A stretch of DNA of 64,000 nucleotides from Lytechinus pictus. Lineage: Eukaryota. Below, one piece after another: positions 57,241-64,000 of this stretch; position 1 is the first letter of the stretch; every line of letters starts with the position of its first letter. The stretch covers positions 12,278,001 through 12,342,000 of the forward strand of contig NC_087251.1 of assembly GCF_037042905.1 (NCBI RefSeq). Direction: 5' to 3'. The position numbers and the translations under genes were made by a program. The notes beneath the pieces are model-generated. The model was not told the DNA's origin, searched no databases, and worked only from the letters and a program-made list of their open reading frames with translations.

Positions 57241-59396
57241 TAATACAATAAGGCTATTGTGTGTGATAAATGCAAAGATCTTTATTTCATTAAAAAGAAA
57301 TATTTATAGAAGACAATGGCAGAGAGACTTGAATGATTGCTTGCAAATATTCAGGTGATTATTAACCAAGATTGGACATTCACAATTTTCTCATAACTTA
57401 TCTGATTTGTCTTCCTCTTCTTTTTTATGAAACAAAATTTCACATCAGGATTGTAAAACTTTGCATGGTGACACCAATTTATTTAAGGGTTTACCTTTAT
57501 GTGGTTAGTCCTGACAGAGACTGATGAGTTTGTATTATTATGAAATGAAAGTCTTGTAGGGGTTATTAATACCGCCACGAGCAGGGGAAAATCATACTTC
57601 TTTTATTTGCGATAGTAAGGACCATTGAAAAAATACTTTAAAGTCAGTTCGAATTGCACATGACCGTTCCTTTCACCTATTCATTTACTTATTTATTCTC
57701 ATTTATTCACCTATTCGGTTCAATTACTTCTTTGGGAGGTGGGGGTCAGGTCCCTGAAGCCATCCATGTAGGACTTCGCATGCCCCCCTCTTAGACATAC
57801 CAATCCTCATATATTAGGAGAGAGACTTTCACACTGTGGACTTAGGCCCCTTGTATATAATTTCAGGGGTGTTTATTTGAATTTATCAAAACCCTTAGTA
57901 ATTACGACATAAGTCGTTGTCTCTCTCAACCTGGCTTTTGGGTCATATATTTCACACCACCCTTTCCCCGAAATAGGGTATAATGAGGGTTTGACGTTTT
58001 TTACTTTATTGTTCAAAATTATATTTTGTCCATATTATCGCTGACGCACGAATCTCTTTTAAATGACAATAATTGGTTCAACATGACAAAAAGTTTATTG
58101 TAAAATAGCAGAAAAATTAATTAAAACACATATTGATGAAGGAAACTCCATCAAAGAATAAAAAAAGTTATCATAATTTTAATCATTTGCTTTGTGACCT
58201 TATGTGCGAGCAGCTTTCCTACATAATTATCGATTGGTAAAAAGTAATGAAATATACGTCATTTTCTCAAAAAAAATGAAGATGTTTTTTTTTTATTGAT
58301 ACTTCATTATATCAACAAACGATTTTACACCCGCTGCTAAAAAGAAAATCACGAACCATTAAGGAATAAATGTTATGCATTTTATATTACATAACATGGG
58401 GCGGCGGCTCGTTTATGACGTCACAGATCAAAAACTTGAAATTCTAAAAAAAAAAAACTTTCTTAACCTTTAATGGATTTGGCCTCAAACCTTCACCAAT
58501 ATTATTTCTTATTTTTTCTGCTTTCTTTACAACAAAGTTTTCGTCAGGGTGAATTTCCCCTTTAGGTATGGATTCGCGGGATTTATTTACACATTTTGGC
58601 CCCTAAACAAGTTGTCGCCAGAATATGACCCCGGGGGAAAAGCTTGGGGAAAAACATACCATGAACAGTGACACGTTTGGCTAGTCTTTAAAAAAACATA
58701 CCCTAAATACATTTGACCCTGCGACTGACCATTGACCAGTCATTCAAAACTACCCCTTTTTTGAAAATCGGTGTTTTGATACACTTAACGAGTGCACGCG
58801 CGGCCCGCGTTCAAAACTGAAAAAACACCCCTTTTCTCTATGCACTCTCCCCTCCTGACCCCCCCTTCTTTACCTCTCCATTTCTCTCTGTCTGTCTGTC
58901 ACCTCCCCTCTCTCTATCTCTCTCTCCATCTCACTACAAATATAGACACCTCCCACCTTCGAAGGCAATGCTAAGACGGATTGTTAGCCAGACAAATTTA
59001 TCTTGAAGGAGACAAGGAATAAATACATTAAATAAATAACATTATTTTCCTATTAGCATTATACAGGCCGATATCAGTTCTGTCAAGATATACTGTTGCC
59101 TTGACTCTTGATTTTTAAGTCGGTCAACTTCAGATCAGAGGTACTGGTTCGATCCTTGTGAGGGCTTGTGATGCCTTAACAATGACACATAATTATCTAG
59201 TTGCAGCATCATGCATTGTTACAGTGGTGCTCAAAAGTTAGTTATCCCCACCAGAAAGTGAACATATTTTAAGTCTTTAAGTTTTGCCATATTTTACATA
59301 TTTAACTTTAAAGTGAGGTGATAATATTATGATAAAATCTGTTTTCCTGGTGTAGTGAATGGTTGTTGTCTACATTCAACACCCCCGGGGGGCCAC

Positions 59397-60273
59397 CAGG
59401 GGCGTCGATCCATTTTTCAGATTGGGGGGCAAAATCATGAATCAACGTTCCAAAGGCGCTCGATCATACAAAACAAACAACCTCACCCACGCACACACAC
59501 ACACATAGGCATATATATGACTTATGAGATACCGACACGTATCTCACCAACAAATTAATGCGAGCGCGAAGCGCGAGCTGAATATTTTTTAGTATACTGA
59601 CCTTAAAACAGGAAAAGGGTACCTGTTTAGGACTATCTCACCAACAAATTAATGCGAGCGCGAAGCGCGAGCTGATTTTTTTTTTAGTATACTGACCTTA
59701 AAACAGGAAAAGGGTACCTGTTTAGGACTAAAATTTCTTTATATTCTGACCTGAAAGCTTGATATTCTAAGTATTATTGGTACCAATGATTAAGATTGGT
59801 ATCTAAAAGAACAATAGATGCGAGCGCGAAGCGCGAGCTGAAAATGTTGATATTTCGATCTGAAAAAATTGACAGTTAATGGACTTTTTTGATAAAGAAC
59901 AAGCTATATATCCAACAAAAGATTATTGCAAAGCGAAGCGGGAGTTCCTTTTGAGGTTTAGCACTGAAAACGGGGCATTCTATTCACCTATTTAATCATG
60001 AAAAGTATGGGTTTTGCTACAGAAATGATGCGAGCGCGAAGCGCGAGCTAAAAAAATTTATATTCCAATCTGAAAAGCGGACATTTTGAGAACGATTTGA
60101 AATAAAGAACGAGTTGTGTATCTAAATCTCGCTTGCTGAACATTACAATCTTATTTTATTTGTGCACATCCGGAATTATTGGGGGTGGGGGGCAAAACGA
60201 TATGTTTGCCCCCCCCCCCAATATTTTCATTGATGGGGCGATCGCCCCCCCCCCCCCAGGATCGACGCCTCTG
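59397..60273. mobile_element. hAT-like MITE with gcgagcgcgaagcgcgagc subrepeats and 8-bp TSD
   Basis: caggggcgtcgatcc/ggatcgacgcctctg TIRs; flanks ggggccac/gggggcac; inserted at the start of another MITE running to ~60720. Confidence 0.8.
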
Positions 60274-60755
60274 GGGGGCACTTACATTGACGAGTGATAC
60301 AATGCGCGACCAAAACAAAACACGTAAAAGCTAGGGATGTCTTTTTCAAGATATATACGTACGTAACGTAATAAGGGTGTCAAAAGCACTAAAATAATGA
60401 AAAAGGGGGTATCTATTTCGCTAGGAAAGCTACGTGTTTAGGGTCAAATTTGCGAGGGTATAAAAAATAAATATAAAGGATGTACTTTTGCCCCTAACAT
60501 TACGTGTTTAGAGTACGATTTGCGCGAGGTGTGGGAGGGGTGCCGTACTCAACCCAATAAAGGTAAAACCGATGACCGTCGTCCGTGACCGTAACAATTA
60601 AAATATCGCTGTACTTTTTTAGGGGTTCAATTCAGGGAATACTTGCCAAGAGTATCGTTTTGTTTCCAATACTTGTTAAGGGTAGGGTTTCACACGCTAA
60701 TACTTATTAAGGGGTGCATTCTTTGGGTTCAACACTCAACATGAAGAAGTGCATT

Positions 60756-61635
60756 TTGTCTTGTCTTGTCTTGGGTTGAGTCGGCATATGCAAACTTGCT
60801 GTACTCCGCCAACTTTGTTAATAGACGTGTGATCACCGAGCAAGTAGGTTACTTATTTACTAGGTTTTGGGGTGATTTTAGATTTGAAGGAATCCAATGA
60901 GTTTATTAGAGTTGTGTCCATTCGTTCCAGTCTTTAGTAGTTCGAGGGATGAAGCTGTATTTATGAGCATCCCTTTTGACTCATAGCTGTCGCCGGAGCT
61001 TGATACTATTTACCCTAGTCTGCAGGCTGGTTTGCTGGACTAAGACCTTTTATTATTTGGAACATTAGGCAAAGTCAACTTTGTTTCCGTCTGTCTTCCA
61101 ATAAGTCCCATTCTAAGGCCCGTAACATGGTTGTGACACTGCTGGTTCGTCTGTAATTCCCCATACAGAATCGAGCTGCCTTTCTCTGAATGGCTTCTAT
61201 CTTCTGGGTATCCTTATAATGGGGAGCCCATGCAAGGGAGGCGTATTCCAGGATTGGTCTCACCAAAGTTTGGTGGGAAAGTCGTTTTATTTCCTTGGGA
61301 GCAGACCAGAAGTTCCTTCTCAGGAAACCGAGTACTCTGGAAGCTTTGGAGCAGACTTTGATGATCTGGGCGTCCCATCGCATCCTGTTATCCATGTCAA
61401 CACCAAGGTAAGAGCATGTTGTAGTTTTTGGCCACAGAAGGTGTAATCTCTTTCTGCATATGTTTGTACTGCCTTGTATGGTATTTTCATGATGACACAT
61501 TTGATTGAAAGACATGGCCCATTTATTCTGCCACTCTTCTAGTTTTGACAGATCGTCTTGGAGGACTTTAAAGTCATTAGAATTTGTGCCAGAAGTGTAA
61601 ATGACGCAATCATCGGCGAACAGTCTTGTCGTTGA
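60756..61635 (-). mobile_element. LINE 3' fragment (RTEX/CR1-like RT C-terminus)
   Basis: LFADDC, YLGV and LVRPILEYAS...IQRKAARF motifs; (caaga)n tail. Confidence 0.88.
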
Positions 61636-63220
61636 CTAGGAGTCCATCAGGTAGATCATTGATACATGGCAACTCCTCAAGACTGTTTGGGAGCGTCCTT
61701 TGAGGTGTGGTGGGGTTCCCTTTAACTTCTGAGCACAAGTTACAACTGTATGTTTATTTCTGCATCCTTTGACATCACAAGAGACAAAAAAATAATAATC
61801 TATTGATTTTAAGGAGGAGGGGCTTAGCACACTGCAGACAAATGCAAGAAAAAATGAAGTAGAAAAATATTAAAATTATATGATGCAGATGAGACCCAAC
61901 AGGTAATGAAATGGTGAAGAAAAGACTCATACATATTAATAGAAGATATTATGCATTTGCATGTCAAGGGAGCTTAAACATTAATCCATTATTAAATTTG
62001 TTTTCATCAACAATTTTTGTCACATAAGACGAGACACACAAAATGTAATATGAAATAAATTAAAACGATTATTATATTTTAAAGAGTAAGTCAGTCATTC
62101 CACGGGTGTAGATCGGGGGATGGGGGATACCCCCGCCCCCTCTTTTCGGAGAGGGGGTAGGGCATGTACAACCACCCCACCCCCCCCCCCCCCCACACAC
62201 ACACACACACACACACACTTTTCAAGACAGAAACAATATTTTGTTAAATCATCAAGTGATTAATACCACTGTTTATGCGTATAGATCTTTAAATGCAGTC
62301 AGAGTGTTTAAATTGGCCCAATTTTGCATTCTAAAAATGCGCTCAATCTATATAATCTTACATTTAGCTTATTGCAAAGGTTATATCAGCTGCATCATGA
62401 AAGAATGATTATAATACTTTCATTTATTGATCATAAACCAATCGAAACATCCTTTAATACACTGACGTGAATGTGTGTGTGTGGGGGGTCATGGGGGGTC
62501 ATGTCCTAGTGTCTTTGTGGAAGCGGGGGATTGTACAAAAATACCGTATATTTCAATGAGTCACTGAGATCAGATGACATTGACCAAATCTTTGCCGCTA
62601 ATGAAACTTAGAGGCAAGTTATATAGGACAGCAATATTTTCCACACATTACAATTGCATCCGTTTATAGGAGACTTTTAAATCATATTGATTCCATATCA
62701 ATCTAATAAATATTTGAAATATGAATTTTGCTCAAAATTTTGAATCTCCCAAAGTCCCAATATAATCTTAAAGATTATTCCAAATCTTTCTTTTCTGCAA
62801 TATTTTCTTTTAAGTTTGCATCATTGTGCTATTTCCACGTTTTGGGGAGTTTATAGTGTGGCCTGTGATGACTTATTTATGTCATAAGGCACCCTTAATC
62901 CCGATAATCATGATCCCATTTAGGTTTAATTCTCATCTCACCTTTTACCAGTGAGAAAATGATATTTCATTGAACAAATTCTGGACTGTTATATCCTTAT
63001 TTGATCTTTTTATTTCTTTTTCCTTTTCTTCTAAAGTTTAGATCATTGCTAATTTACCCTATCGTCCTCTGTAATCTGCATATAATTTAAATCAACTGAA
63101 GCCACTTTTTTCAAGGCTCGCTCACACCGGATCAGAGACCAGTCCGCTCTGGTTTTGTTATCTTGCATTAAACGCAGAGGGTGCTTTTGGGGAGGGTGAG
63201 GGTGCTTGGGTGGGTGTGCA

Positions 63221-63226
63221 TATAAA
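63221..63226 (+). promoter_or_regulatory. Candidate TATA box of the downstream gene
   Basis: TATAAA in locally G-rich sequence about 380 nt upstream of the ATG at 63605; motif only. Confidence 0.25.
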
Positions 63227-63604
63227 GCGGGAAATAAATGGAAGCTCAAATTTTGGGGCTGTGGGTGCAGAGCGAATTAAAGGAACCGCCCTCCCACGAA
63301 GTAGAACTCATTTGTAATAACAAATTAAAAAAACCAAAGATAGTTATGTGTATTTATACAATGATAGTGAAGTTATTGTGGCGGTCTGCTTTTGATAATG
63401 GATCAGTCCATTCTTATAGGGGATTAGCGTCATAATAAATGTGTTATCTCCAACTGATTGACCTTACTTGTAAACAAATCAACTTCATGAAATTCAACAT
63501 TTTGAAAAATCAGGAGTCTTAGCATAAAACGGAGACTCTCGAAAGAGAAAACTCAGTATCAAGTATCGTTGGAACTCGTTAAGGTTTGATCTTAACAATC
63601 CAAG

Positions 63605-63739
63605 ATGACTGAGGCTACATTCTCTCTTAAGAGGAAGATTCTCTATGGAATCCTCATGACTCTGTCCATAGGTCTCATTGTGTCAGGCTGTCTCATGCCG
63701 GTTTTAATGGATTCGATGTACAAGATAGTTATCGATTCG
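63605..63739 (+). CDS. First coding exon of a probable second CD36/SCARB paralog (MTEATFSLKRKILYGILMTLSIGLIVSGCLMPVLMDSMYKIVIDS)
   Basis: aagATG start, short basic N-terminus plus hydrophobic anchor, phase-0 gtaagc donor after 45 codons. This fits CD36-family exon 1; the family call rests on architecture and context. Confidence 0.72.
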
Positions 63740-64000
63740 GTAAGCTAAACAGAAGCCATATTATGGATTTTTATTTTTACATTGTTTCATGAAGTGATAA
63801 ATAATCACTTCATAGAATTTATACACCAAGCAAGGAGGTGCAACTTTTCATATTAAATGGTGCAAAATAATAGTGCAATACTGCACAGTAAGAACGCTGT
63901 ATACACCGTTTACTATATTAATATTTTGATAGTTGATATTTCTATAGCGCCTTTTTTGCATCATCCCTGGTCAGCATAGGATATAAAAATGAGTTATTGT

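Noticed and set aside
59540..60050. Spaced palindromic repeats atgcgagcgcgaagcgcgagct resembling a CRISPR array
   Set aside because: Eukaryotic context, irregular and mutually similar spacers, enclosed by TIRs and a TSD, and no cas genes.

Overview
AT-rich, repeat-dense animal genomic DNA, not prokaryotic. The repeat families resemble sea-urchin ones, from recall only. The main content is a + strand multi-exon CD36/SCARB (scavenger receptor class B) gene. Nine internal coding exons (14284-43113) join in frame through canonical GT-AG introns; its first two exons were not found and probably lie upstream of the window. There are at least two plausible alternative terminal exons, at 43896 (tail ending YSAI*) and 47402. 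The first coding exon of a probable tandem paralog starts at 63605. Most remaining sequence is nested transposable elements: an inactivated L2/CR1-group LINE with a PHD finger fused to ORF2, other LINE fragments, a decayed Tc1 transposon, and non-autonomous hAT-like elements with 5-, 7- and 8-bp target-site duplications (TSDs). Kolobok-, Mutator- and Harbinger-like elements, Helentron-associated (HINE/DINE-like) elements, tRNA-derived SINEs and a Penelope-like remnant with a palindromic hammerhead motif are also present. I cannot demonstrate a wholly new system. The best leads are the duplicated alternative C-terminal tail cassette, the self-nested duplication at the window start and the palindromic hammerhead. 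All comparisons were made by eye.
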